From: Eledone cirrhosa
Lineage: Eukaryota
Direction: 5' to 3'
Length of the DNA: 64,000 nt
Assembly: GCA_964016885.1 (NCBI GenBank)
Contig: OZ024742.1
Location: 334,862,001 to 334,926,000, forward strand
Under the pieces are notes generated by a model. That model was not told where the DNA came from. It was given only the letters and a program-made list of their open reading frames with translations, and made no database searches. Below, one piece after another: positions 15,241 through 28,604 of this stretch (position 1 is the stretch's first letter; each line of letters starts with the position of its first letter). Position numbers and translations under genes: made by a program.

Positions 15241-15792
15241 ATTAATTCTATCGTGCAATGCCTGTGCGTGAAGATATTTTTTTAAAGTGAGGACTGTGCA
15301 CTGAGCCAATTCCACTCTCTGAGCGACAGTAGCTATAATCCGAAAAGAAGAAAAGATCAACATCATCGGCAACTACTGAGCAATAGGTTTTATATCGGAG
15401 TTACTCCTGTTTCCTGAGTTGCTCTCTCCTAGAAGAATACCCTAACAAAGGCTAGGGGTCCTTCACTCCCAGTGGTTTAACCGCGCGATCGGGTGTCCAG
15501 CCCGACTATTTCTATGTCCCCGCGCATATACATACACATGCACCCATGTATATACACATATACATACATATGTACATGTGTATATACATATTTACACACT
15601 TTTGAATGGCCGTTGACTCTTATGAGTTCTTCCGCCCTTTGTCACGTTTTGTTTTTTGTCCTGCAGGGTGTCCAAAATCACCCTCCTCACCAAGTAAACT
15701 TGGTGGGGTTGCCGGTTTAGTCGCCGACGACCAGACCATGTGACAGGTTGTACTGGGTTACATGTTACCAGTAGCACTCAAGAGTGACCCGA

Positions 15793-15973
15793 CATACATA
15801 CATACATAATATACATACATACATACATACATACATACATACATACATACATACATACATACATACATACATACATAACATACATACATACATACATACA
15901 TACATACATACATACATACATACATACATACATACATACATACATACATACATACATACATACATACATACAT
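15793..15973. repeat. (CATA)n microsatellite
   Basis: Direct observation. Confidence 0.95.
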
Positions 15974-16504
15974 GATGATGGCTGCAACTTGGTTTCGAGT
16001 AAAGCCATCGCTTGATACTTAAGCAATACCATGCATCACAAAAAATGTCACATATCAAGAGATGCCTCTGCTTGAAGCTTTTTTAAGTGAGGAAAGGCTT
16101 TGAACGGAGCCAATCCCATTCTCTGAACATCGAATGCATTTTCCCAAAAAGAACTGTTCTACATCATTGGATGCAAACGAAGTCGCAGTTTTTTTTTTTC
16201 ATCAGAGTGACCTTCTAGAGAGATGTCTTAATGAAGAATAGGAATCTTTCGCTCCATAAAAAAAATGTTATATAGAAAACAATGTAAAAATCATTCAATA
16301 CGTGTTTTAGAGTAATTTAATATATATGGCCATTAGTGAAAGATGTAACCACGGAAAGTTTTCATCCGATGACATTTTAAATAAGGAATCTTTAAAAAGG
16401 AACCAATTTTGTCAAATGTCATTTAATGACTACCAAGCGGTGCGAAACACTTGGTAATAACTATGATGAAAGAATAACCAGTCTTAACCAAATATAGAAT
16501 TACT

Positions 16505-17145
16505 CAATTACGCCTCACTTAACGGCAATCTCCTTTAACGACCGATTACACTTACGACTGTGATTCTTTTGAATACATATTTAAGTTATGTATCTTTTTT
16601 TCAATTTCATTTAAGTATATATTTATGTCATGTACATTTTAATGTTCTTTATACAGAAAACTGATTTTTCAATGTTTCAATTTCTTTCTTTTTTTTTTGT
16701 AAAAGGGCTTTGCAAGATAAAACAAATTTTCAATTACTGAGATAGTACTCCCATCAAGCCTTTAATATAAAACATATACTTGGTAGTATTTCATATCGTC
16801 ATGGACTATCTGTCGTGAAACAAACGATATCTAAAGATATTTAACGACAGGGTTCCAGAGATTGAACCAGGTTGTTAAGTGAGGTGTTTGTTTACCGAAT
16901 AGGATACTGGATCAGAAGCTAGTCGTTAAGCAGACATGTCAACTTTCCCCGTCCGACTGGGAGATCTCCCACACACTTTGGGGTGGGTGAGAGATGTCTT
17001 TTCTTGTGAAAATGAGTATAGTTATAATTATGTAAAATCTACCCATTTTGCCTCATTTTTCCCCGTTTTGGGAGACTTTTTTCATGGTACTCCCCGTTTG
17101 GGTTTTTAGAGGTTGGCAGGTCGGCGTTAAGTGAGGTGGCAGTAT
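16505..17145. mobile_element. Possible MITE (cctcacttaacg / cgttaagtgagg ends) with a nested second MITE at 16931-17124
   Basis: Inverted 12-mer near both ends; the inner element has imperfect TIRs cagacatgtcaac/gttggcaggtcgg flanked by a cgttaag direct repeat. Confidence 0.45.
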
Positions 17146-17435
17146 ATCGTAAGTATATAAGGCAGAATTTATTTTGTTAAAAAAACTTCGACATGCTGCA
17201 AATATTTGATGTCAATTATATTCATTTCAGCATTGCCTACTACAAAGACTTCCAACGTTGTCTGTGGGTTGTTATATGTCTAATAAAAAACACTGACAGT
17301 GTGTTTTAAATAATTGTTTTAATAATCATGAAATCAATCAAGAACCAAGGACTGTTTGGTAACAAAATGGTTAAAAGTTACCTTCTACGGAGATTTTAGT
17401 CATAATAAGTGCGATATGTAATCGTCCATTTATAT

Positions 17436-17740
17436 AATTGTTTCTACTTTTGGTACAAGGCCAGCAATTACCCAGTGCATTGCTGGTACTTTATTTTATC
17501 GATCCCGTAAGGATGAAAGACAAAGTTAGCCACGGCAGGATTTGAACTCATAATGACAAGGGTCGTAACTCTATGTGTCCGACTCTCTACCGATACTGCC
17601 AATCCACCGCCCTTATATCGTCCATTTATATAATTGTTTCTACTTTAGGCACAAGGCCCGCAATTACCCAGTGCATTACTGGTACTTTATTTTATCGACC
17701 CCGTAAGGATGAAAGACAAAGTCAACCTCGGCGGGATTTT
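17436..17740 (-). mobile_element. Two tandem tRNA-derived SINE copies
   Basis: SINE body twice; 18-bp atcgtccatttatataat at 17421, 17617 and 17741. Confidence 0.88.
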
Positions 17741-17937
17741 ATCGTCCATTTATATAATGATATTCAAATATATATAGAAACATGAGGTGCTGATTTTTTA
17801 AACCTTAACTATATAGATGTATAATTCTTCCACAAGAATGAGTTTTCTTCGAACCTTTCAGTATTCGAACTACTACACTAATGATGCGTGTGTGTATGTG
17901 ATGCCTTCTTCTTCTTCTTCTTCTTCTTCTTCTTCTT

Positions 17938-18080
17938 CTTGCGGCTATTCAAAGCAACGGTTGAATCCATTTTACTCTATGGATGCGAGTCTTGGACACT
18001 AACAAAAAAACTCATAAAGAGGATTAATGACACATTCACTCGGATGCTGAGAAAGGTTGAGAACATATTCTGGATAACAC
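17938..18080 (+). pseudogene. RTE-clade LINE fragment (region downstream of RT core)
   Basis: LRLFKATVESILLYGCESWTLTKK...TRMLRKV matches the LLYGxExWTL motif of RTE elements. Confidence 0.8.
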
Positions 18081-18339
18081 AGCAAAGAAATCGCTCTACG
18101 GCTCACAACTTCGACTTTCTGACGATCAAAAATGCTTAAGTACTTGGCCTTGCTACATTCACAAACAGAGTAGACGTTGGAGATGTAATCCACAGTTCTC
18201 TGTCCAAGGAAGAAGCCACGAAATTTACAGCTGAAATATCTTTGATGGTAGGTCGTCACAGTCAGTGTTGTGACTAAACGACAACACCAACAATGTTGTT
18301 GAATAAATTTACGATCTCTGGTTTTACACTGTGAGCTTG

Positions 18340-18605
18340 TGAAGGTGTATGGTTATAGGTTCATACGACAGTGAAATCGATTCTCGTTAATGCGTCGGGC
18401 CCTTGGGCATCACAGTTTATTTCATTTTGTTCCCGTCCACTGATGACAAAATTTACTTGTACGTATCTGTAATTCAAAGAGACAACCATTTTACACACTG
18501 TTTGCTGAATCTCCCTGAAAATTACGTTAAAGGGGCACAAGCCAGTAGAATGTTCAGACACTTGCTCGTTAGTTTCATGAGCAGGCAATTCCATTGTTCG
18601 AATAA
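18340..18605 (+). mobile_element. Degraded CORE-like SINE
   Basis: cccttgggcatcacagtttatttcatt...tgtaattcaaag...aattacgttaa resembles the copies at 4985 and 11180. Confidence 0.5.
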
Positions 18606-18640
18606 CTTAAACACATGAGGTCGAAACTGACGGAATTCCA

Positions 18641-18699
<59 letters not shown>

Positions 18700-19371
18700 C
18701 ACACACATACACGCTCACACACACATATATCCACACACGCTCACACACACATACACACACTCACATACATACACGCACACACGCACATGCACACACACAC
18801 ACACACACTCACATACATACACGCACACACGCACATGCACACACACACACACACTCACACACACACACATGGCAATTTAAAATTTCACATACATTGTGTA
18901 TCAATCAAGTTAACATATCGTCTTCAGCCATGTATGAGTTCTTTATAGAAATGTCAAGTATTCAGTGTGATGCGAGGTGAAGATAGACTGGACCTTGTTG
19001 TGGGGGGAGAGGGTAGTAGTTCTCTACAGTAATGGGGAGTAGTCGGGGGTGACAACAATATAGTGGAGAGGGGGGAGAAAGGAGAGAAGGGGAGAAGATA
19101 AGGTGAAGAGTGAGAAGGGGGTGAAGGAGATGAGAAGGGAGAGAGGAGAGATTGAGGAGAGGGAGAGGGCAGTGGAGAGAGATGAGAGGAGGTGGAGGAG
19201 GAGGAGGAGGAGATAGGGAAGAAGAGGAGACGAATGTGGTGGGGAATATAAAGGGGCTGAGGAGGGGAAGGGGGATAGGAAGAGGGAAAGGGAGCATGAA
19301 GCGCAAAGAAGGAGAGCGGAGGCGGAGGGGAATCGGGGGGAAAGAACAGAGTATTTAGAGATATGAGTGGC

Positions 19372-19402
19372 AGTAGTAGTAGTAGTAGTAGTAGTAGTAG
19401 TT

Positions 19403-19445
<43 letters not shown>

Positions 19446-19470
19446 ATGCAGCAGCAGCACCAGCAGCAGC

Positions 19471-19541
<71 letters not shown>

Positions 19542-19543
19542 AT

Positions 19544-19610
<67 letters not shown>

Positions 19611-19650
19611 CAGCAGCAGCTGTAGTAGTAGTAGTAGTAGTAGTAGTAGT
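19372..19650. repeat. (AGT)n/(AGC)n trinucleotide repeat
   Basis: Direct observation. Confidence 0.95.
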
Positions 19651-20317
19651 ATAATTGGAGAAAATGAAAAAGAAAATAGGGCAATAGACATACAAAAAGG
19701 GGTGGCAATAATAATTGTATGTATGTATGTGTGTATGTATGTATATAAGTATGTATGTATATATGTATGTAATTATATATGTATGTATATAAGTATACAT
19801 CTATGCATGTATGTATGTATATGTATGTATGCATGCATGTAAGTTAATATGTATGTAGTTATCTATGTATCTATGTATTTATCTGTGTATGTATGTATGC
19901 ATGTATGTATGTATATATGTATATATGTATGTATATAAGTATGTGTAAGTATGTATGTATATGTATGTATGCATGTAAGAATGTATGTATGTATGTATTT
20001 ATGTATGTATGTATGTAAGTATGTATGAATGTATTTCTGTATGTATATATGCATGTGTATTTATGTTTTTCCACTTAGTGACATATGAAATTCGAAGTTG
20101 GCTGCAGGCAGTAAAACAATATATAAAGTTTGAACAGCTGTAAATACTGTGTGTGTGTGTGTGTGGAGGGGGGGGGGGGGGGCGTGCGTGTGTGTGCGGC
20201 ACGTACAATTAGGAAATGTTTCAAGTCTTCGAACGGTATAGAACAATCATTCGACATATATATATATATATATATTGTGAACAATTTGTCAGCATTTTCT
20301 TTTCCGTTTACCAATAT

Positions 20318-20428
<111 letters not shown>

Positions 20429-20607
20429 AGATATATGTGAGTGTGCATAGAAATAGAACGAAAGTTCCATTTTTATGCACACTAACAGACAGCCATAAAA
20501 ACGTGTGTATGATATATTATTATTACTAATATATGCCCTGCGGTTGAGCTTTTACTGTTTCGAGAGCAAAGTCTCTGTAAAAGCTTAACCTTAGAATACT
20601 TACAATA

Positions 20608-20790
20608 ACAGTTTCTGATTTAGGTGCAAAGATAACAATTTAGGGGTGAGAGGAAAGTTGACCTCAGTGTATTACTGGTGCTTTATTTTATCGAACCCGT
20701 AAGGATGAAAGACGAAGCTAACAACGGTAGGATTTGAATTCAGAACGCATATGTTCGTAACTAAATAGTTGAAAGGGATTTTACACAGCA
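20608..20790 (-). mobile_element. Degraded tRNA-derived SINE
   Basis: tttattttatcgaacccgtaaggatgaaagacgaagc...ggatttgaattcag. Confidence 0.7.
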
Positions 20791-20837
20791 GGAATATAAA
20801 TTACAGAATAATCAAAACTATGTTCAAATCATTTTAT

Positions 20838-20884
20838 TGCTGACAATCGTTTCTTCCAAACTTTCGTTTGAAATCATCGGAGCA
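20838..20884 (-). ncRNA. Compact type I hammerhead motif with U4C core change
   Basis: Minus strand tgct-CCGATGA-tttcaaac(gaaa)gtttggaa-GAAAC-gatt-GTC-agca, with AATAAA overlapping its 3' end. Confidence 0.7.
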
Positions 20885-21324
20885 CAAGCAAAGTTTAGAC
20901 ATATAATTAACTTCCTATTCCACAGAACAATCGTAAAGATACATAGATATTAGTGTTATCATTAACAGTGTTATATTTACAGAGTGGAGATGATGTGGTC
21001 AGTATCAGTGGATGCGACAAAGATTTTTAAAGAATAATATAACACTTATAAAGGAATTAAAGCAGAACGTTACTCGCAAAACGAGGACATTAACAGTACA
21101 TATGCAAGCGTATATAGAGAGTGCAAATACGTTAGGCATGTACAGAATAGCTAGATAAGAAACAAGCAATGGCACTAATTATATATATCATAGTATGGCA
21201 AAGGTAAAATGGGCTGCCAACAGACCTAATCGTAGAAAAACTGTATGCCTGGACAATATGTAAAGAAAATAAACCGAATACTCTGATGGCTGGATAATTT
21301 TTAAGATTTTCCTCGATGAAGCAG

Positions 21325-22088
21325 GAAAAATGCAGGTTTTCACCTAATGCGGGCCGTAGAGGATCAAGAAAATTATTCTTTTTTCATGTGCATATGCCTT
21401 GAAATTTCGGGAAAATGGGCTAGACGTAACGCCTCAAAAAACCCTAAAAAGCTGAAAAAATGAAGTTTTTCATCTAATGCGGGCCCTAAGCCATAAAAAA
21501 GTTGGATTTTCTTTGCTCACGGTATGAAGAAGAGGCTGACTAATATATAGTTACAATTTCAAGGAAATCGGTCTGGGGTAACGCCTCAAAAAACCCTAAA
21601 AAGCTGAAAAAACTCAGTTTTTCACCTAATGCGGGCCCTAGGGGATGAAAAAGTAGAATTTTTTATGTGCGCAACACTCACTGAAACATAAGTAATACAC
21701 ATGTAAAGTTTGCAAAAAGTTGGTTGGGTACTTCTCGAGTTTTAGGGATTCAAACTCACAGACACATACACACAAACACACACACAGACATCCTCAGGGA
21801 AGTGACGTAATGCAGACAGCCAGACATACAGACAGATATTATAAGGGCGCGACCTTATATGTATGTATCTATCTAAAAAGAGAAAGACTAAGAATTATAG
21901 AGAGAGATCGCTAAATCGCCTAATGCGGTACCTAAGGCATTGAAAATGTTAAATTCTTTTTGCTCAGAACACTCCCTGAAACATAAGTATTACATGTGTA
22001 AAGTTTGAAAACAGTCGGTTGGGTGCCTCTCGAGTCTTAGGGATTCAAACTCACACACACACAGACATCCTTAGTTTTATATATATAT
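21325..22088 (-). mobile_element. Helitron-like non-autonomous element (5' part) with internal repeats of about 130-160 bp
   Basis: Recurrent ttttcacctaatgcgggcc and aaaaaccctaaaaagctgaaaaa; minus-strand start atatataaaactaaggatgtctgt resembles the start of the 44806 element. Confidence 0.5.
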
Positions 22089-22091
22089 ATA

Positions 22092-22651
22092 CTAGCAGAA
22101 AACCACCCGGTGGGCGATTTTCTGCTAGCAAATATAGTGTATATACTGATATTGTTGAGATTTGGATGAGAAACGTTTTTGTCACCACATGTTCACCGTC
22201 TCTCGGTGTGTCTTTTATGCATGTATAAATATATATGTTATCTATACGGTTAAATCTTTGAAATAAATATATGTTAAAACGAAAAAGGAGAAAAAGAGAT
22301 TAGTGACGGAAATATAAACGTTATGATACATAAACGTTATGATATAACGATGGAAATATATCTTCAAATGGTCCTTGGCATGGTGTCAAATCCGAACCGC
22401 CTCGAACTGGTTACTTCTGGCTTGTGCAAGGTGTCTCTATAGCAACCAGCGAATCCCTCGGCCTCAGTGACCAAAGTCAGTGGAGAGGGGAAGGTAATGT
22501 TTCTATAGCGACAGTGTTTCTCTTGGTAGTACCAAAGTGGAGAAAGGAAGGGGAAGGTAATATTTCTGTAGCATCTACATTTGAGTTTTAGGGAAGGACA
22601 GACAGACAGACAGACAGACAAACAGAGAAATGCCCACATATTTCTGTGTGG

Positions 22652-22741
<90 letters not shown>

Positions 22742-22769
22742 TACACACACAGAAATGTATATATATTTC

Positions 22770-22820
<51 letters not shown>

Positions 22821-23518
22821 TACACACACAGAAATGTATATATATTTCTGTGTGTATATATATATATTTCTGTGTGTGTATATATATATATATTACACAC
22901 ACAGAAATGTATATATATTTCTTAGAACAAAATTATTATTAATGTTTTGCTGTTCATAACAATTGGAATTGAAAAAATACTTTTCAAATTATTAGTTATT
23001 TTACTAATGCTTAGATATGTAAAAATGAAGCAATGGTTCTAATAATTGTTTCTACTTTTGGCACAAGGCCAGCAATTACCCAGTACATTACTGGTACTTT
23101 ATTTTATCGACCCCGTGAGGATGAAAGGCAAAGTTAACCTCGGCAGTATTTGAACTCAGACCGTAAAGGGACGTAACTCCATGCTATGAAGCATGGTGTC
23201 GGACTCTCTACAGATTCTGCCAATTCACCGCCCTAATGTCTGTACGTAATGAGGGAGTGAGAGGGGAGAGAAAGAAAGGCAGAAGTGAAGTGACGAAGTG
23301 ACTCTCTCCTCCACCTCCTCCTCCATCTCCCCATTCGTCACAGCGATAGAGGGGAGGAATGTTAGTGTGTTACAAAGAGAAAGAGTGAGAGTGAGAGAAA
23401 CAGACAGACTAAAAGAGAGGGATAGCTGGAGAGAGAGAGAGATAGCAACCACGCGCGCACGTGTTTCCACTGTCGGACAGACAGACAGAGAAATTGGTGG
23501 TTATATATTATAAGGAGA
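22092..23518 (-). mobile_element. Helitron-like element, interrupted by (TA)n and a SINE
   Basis: Minus strand A|TCTCCTTATAATATATAA 5' end, (ctgt)n tracts, 3' end ...ttttctgCTAG|T preceded by a GC-rich subterminal segment; joining of the two ends is inferred. Confidence 0.55.
23044..23233 (-). mobile_element. Full-length tRNA-derived SINE
   Basis: Reverse complement of the 50384-50572 element. Confidence 0.9.
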
Positions 23519-23521
23519 TAA

Positions 23522-23972
23522 GGGATAACAAGTTATCGTTATAGGTAATCCAGTTAGAGGTTGTGAATACTCCGTATTGTGGATAGTTTTAGCGTACGGC
23601 GTTGTTTGACTCAACAAGAGTTTTTTTAGGTAGCGAGTATATGAGTTCTCGGGAGTTCCTATATAAGTTAATCTTGGAGTAATAATAGTGAAAGAGTGAA
23701 GAATAACATGGTCAACAGTACAAAAAGGGTTTTATTTACAGTATTAACAATTGTTTAATTGGTTAAGTTGTCTTAAAATTGCTAATCACTTGAAGTTGTG
23801 TCACTCAATTTTAAATACGATGTATGCTTAACCAAAACATCAGAAAAATTTTAAAAATTATACACAGCGTTTACAAATTCAAATTACATTATTAATAAAG
23901 AAGGAAAAAGAATCACTACTTTTATTTTTTCTCCCTATTTTTCTTTTCTTTATCTTTTTCTTTATTCTTTTT

Positions 23973-24032
<60 letters not shown>

Positions 24033-24323
24033 TCATTCTTTCTTTCTTTCTTTCTCTTTTTTTCTCTCTATTATTTTCTTTTTTCTTCTTTTTCTTTTTC
24101 CTTTATTAATGATGTCGTAATTTGAATTTGTAAACGTTGTGTATAATTTTATTTTTTCAGTTTTTCTGATGATTTGGTTAAGCATACATTGTATTTAAAA
24201 TTGAGTGACACAACTTCAAGTGATTAGCAATTTTAAGACAACTTAACCAATGAAACAATTGTTAATACTGTAAATAAAACCCTTTTTGTACTGTTGACCA
24301 TGTTATTCTCCACTCTTTCACTA
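23522..24323 (-). mobile_element. Hammerhead-bearing element with inverted arm (23686-23905 vs 24100-24323)
   Basis: Inverted repeat of about 220 bp around a (CTTT)n spacer; diverged homolog at 47724-48020. Confidence 0.75.
24158..24270 (+). ncRNA. Type I hammerhead ribozyme motif
   Basis: CTGATGA-t-ttggttaag...cttaaccaa-t-GAAAC-aatt-GTT; 9-bp stem II, palindromic stem III ACAATTGT, weak stem I. Confidence 0.65.
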
Positions 24324-24331
24324 TATATATA

Positions 24332-25475
<1,144 letters not shown>

Positions 25476-25489
25476 ATATATATATATAT

Positions 25490-26482
25490 ATAAACAAGGT
25501 TTAGTAAATAATGAAAAAGTTTCAAAATAAATTTTAAAAAATTGACTTTACCTACTATAGTTACCTTTACCGATCGGTTTCGAATCCCAAAAATAAAACG
25601 TAGGCCATACGGCCTTCGTTGCAAAGAGAGATTCTCGTCAGAAGGTTCTTTTCATTCAAAGAATATAAAATTCCTGAATTTAAATCACAAACTAGCGCTA
25701 TCAAAGACTGTTCCTGGGATGAGAGTGGATGATGTAGAACAGGTTTATCAAGGGCCGTAGTAAAGATAGAGGCAAAAGGAGGTAGGTCGAACTAGCCACC
25801 GCGATTCGAAACCGATCGGTAAAGGTAACTATAGTAGGTAAAGTCAATTTTTTAAAATTTATTTTGAAACTTTTTCATTATTTACTAAACCTTGTTTATA
25901 TTTGTTCTGGCTCGTTAATTTATTAACCCGCCATTGAACCACACTGGCACTTGGTTGGACAATACATGCGTACCTTGGCGCCTTGTGCGTGAAAGGACGT
26001 ATTTCATATTACTACTACCTCCACATACGTTGAGAACAAACCGGGTCATTCCGACTGCTGCTGATAACAGCGGTGGCTAGTTCGACCTACCTCCTTTTGC
26101 CTCTATCTTTACTACGGCCCTTGATAAACCTGTTCTACATCATCCACTCTCATCCCAGGAACAGTCTTTGATAGCGCTAGTTTGTGATTTAAATTCAGGA
26201 ATTTTATATTCTTTGAATGAAAAGAACCTTCTGACGAGAATCTCTCTTTGCAACGAAGGCCGTATGGCCTACGTTTTATTTTTGGGATTCGAAACCGATC
26301 GGTAAAGGTAACTATAGTAGGTAAAGTCAATTTTTTAAAATTTATTTTGAAACTTTTTCATTATTTACTAAACCTTGTTTATATTTGTTCTGGCTCGTTA
26401 ATTTATTAACCCGCCATTGAACCACACTGGCACTTGGTTGGACAATACATGCGTACCTTGGCGCCTTGTGCGTGAAAGGACG

Positions 26483-26490
<8 letters not shown>
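25490..26490 (+). mobile_element. Retrozyme-like element: 1.4 tandem copies of a 483-bp unit (25803-26490) preceded by an inverted segment (25490-25802)
   Basis: gattcgaaaccgatcggt at 25803 and 26286; identical 72-aa ORFs on opposite strands; (TA)n on both sides. Confidence 0.88.
26226..26309 (+). ncRNA. Type I hammerhead ribozyme, canonical core (mirror copy on minus strand at 25563-25646)
   Basis: acctt-CTGACGA-gaatc...gattc-GAAAC-cgatcg-GTA-aaggt; all three stems pair. Confidence 0.92.
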
Positions 26491-26554
<64 letters not shown>

Positions 26555-26559
<5 letters not shown>

Positions 26560-26609
26560 AGTATGTATGTATACGTACATACATATATGTATACAGACGT
26601 ACAGTAGCA

Positions 26610-26645
<36 letters not shown>

Positions 26646-27130
26646 CAGGTACACATACATATATGTACGTATCAGTTTAGCGGACGCTTATTATAGCGCC
26701 CGCTTTGTTCGTTTGTAAACAAACTGAACAGCCTGAATTTATGCCGTACGGTGTTAAGGCAACCACGTCACCTTTTTGTTCAACACTGACACAGGAACGA
26801 TGTACTAGTTTCAAACTTGTTAGCTATCATCAGCACCGTATACCCTTCTGCCAGATGGTTGAACGTTCGAAAGTATATACTTTCCTTATGAAAATTAACG
26901 GCTGAGCAGCCTAATTTGCATATCGAGTGAGTTCGGCCAGGCGTACCGAGAACGACAAGTTGTAATAAAATGAAAACGAAATTTCATTTCTCACTCTTAG
27001 TACGGCACTTACTTAAATGTAAGTATGTATGTATACGTACATACATATATGTAAGTGCCGTACATACATATAAGTAAGTGCCGTACTAAGAGTGAGAAAT
27101 GAAATTTCGTTTTCATTTTATTACAACTTA
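26555..27130 (-). mobile_element. Retrozyme-like element: about 462-bp unit with terminal redundancy and inverted end (26958-27015 vs 27071-27129)
   Basis: atgtaagtatgtatgtatacgtacatacatatatgta at 26555 and 27017; inverted arm visible. Confidence 0.7.
26797..26839 (-). ncRNA. Compact type I hammerhead ribozyme
   Basis: Minus strand acggtg-CTGATGA-tagct(aaca)agttt-GAAAC-ta-GTA-catcgt; 6-bp stem I, palindromic ACTAGT stem III, weak stem II. Confidence 0.8.
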
Positions 27131-27141
27131 TATATATATAT

Positions 27142-28551
27142 TTGAATCATAGACAACCTATGTATTTCTGGGGGTACCTAGTATCCCTGGACATATTAAC
27201 TTCAATCTCTTTCTCCGTCCGTTGAGAACAATTCTGTTGCTCTATTTAGCTGCTATTTTTTTAGTAGTAATTGTAGACAGCAAGTCTTTGATTTTCCCGC
27301 TTTTACTTCGGTCCAGTTTACATACGGGTCACTTTTACGACCTTTCAGACCTTTATTTGCTGGCAGGAGGTTATATATTTTGTCGTTCCTGGGACGTTTA
27401 GCCCTAGGAAGAGAAAATGCTTCCTGATGAGCTTTGGTTTTCCATCATAAATCCATCGGATTTATGAGGTTTTACAAAGCGAAACTGATCAGTAAGGGCC
27501 ACTAGGAGAGGTAAATATTTATATTATATTTTTTAATGTATTTTTAGAAAATTGATTGAATTTTACTTGTTCTGCTTATCTTAATATTAAAGTTCTGGTG
27601 TATCAAATTAATACCATTGAACAACCTTGAATCATAGACAACCTATGTATTTCTGGGGGTACCTAGTATCCCTGGACATATTAACTTCAATCTCTTTCTC
27701 CGTCCGTTGAGAACAATTCTGTTGCTCTATTTAGCTGCTATTTTTTTAGTAGTAATTGTAGACAGCAAGTCTTTGATTTTCCCGCTTTTACTTCGGTCCA
27801 GTTTACATACGGGTCACTTTTACGACCTTTCAGACCTTTATTTGCTGGCAGGAGGTTATATATTTTGTCGTTCCTGGGACGTTTAGCCCTAGGAAGAGAA
27901 AATGCTTCCTGATGAGCTTTGGTTTTCCATCATAAATCCATCGGATTTATGAGGTTTTACAAAGCGAAACTGATCAGTAAGGGCCACTAGGAGAGGTAAA
28001 TATTTATATTATATTTTTTAATGTATTTTTAGAAAATTGATTGAATTTTACTTGTTCTGCTTATCTTAATATTAAAGTTCTGGTGTATCAAATTAATACC
28101 ATTGAACAACCTTGAATCATAGACAACCTATGTATTTCTGGGGGTACCTAGTATCCCTGGACATATTAACTTCAATCTCTTTCTCCGTCCGTTGAGAACA
28201 ATTCTGTTGCTCTATTTAGCTGCTATTTTTTTAGTAGTAATTGTAGACAGCAAGTCTTTGATTTTCCCGCTTTTACTTCGGTCCAGTTTACATACGGGTC
28301 ACTTTTACGACCTTTCAGACCTTTATTTGCTGGCAGGAGGTTATATATTTTGTCGTTCCTGGGACGTTTAGCCCTAGGAAGAGAAAATGCTTCTCTGATG
28401 AGCTTTGGTTTTCCATCATAAATCCATCGGATTTATGAGGTTTTACAAAGCGAAACTGATCAGTAAGGGCCACTAGGAGAGGTAAATATTTATATTATAT
28501 TTTTTAATGTATTTTTAGAAAATTGATTGAATTTTACTTGTTCTGCTTATC

Positions 28552-28558
<7 letters not shown>
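27142..28558 (+). mobile_element. Retrozyme-like tandem array: about 2.9 near-identical copies of a 485-bp unit
   Basis: ttgaatcatagacaacc at 27142, 27627 and 28112; TA tracts at both ends. Confidence 0.92.
27419..27499 (+). ncRNA. Type I hammerhead ribozyme (repeated at 27904-27984 and 28389-28470)
   Basis: CTGATGA-gctttg...caaagc-GAAAC-tgatca-GTA-agggc; internal 10-bp hairpin tcataaatcc/ggatttatga in loop II. Confidence 0.88.

Positions 28559-28599
<41 letters not shown>

Positions 28600-28604
<5 letters not shown>

Noticed and set aside
25542-26330. Identical 72-aa ORFs on both strands; likewise the ORFs at 54095, 54688 and 55372
   Set aside because: They result from tandem and inverted repeats, have no recognisable motif, and one copy is frameshifted.
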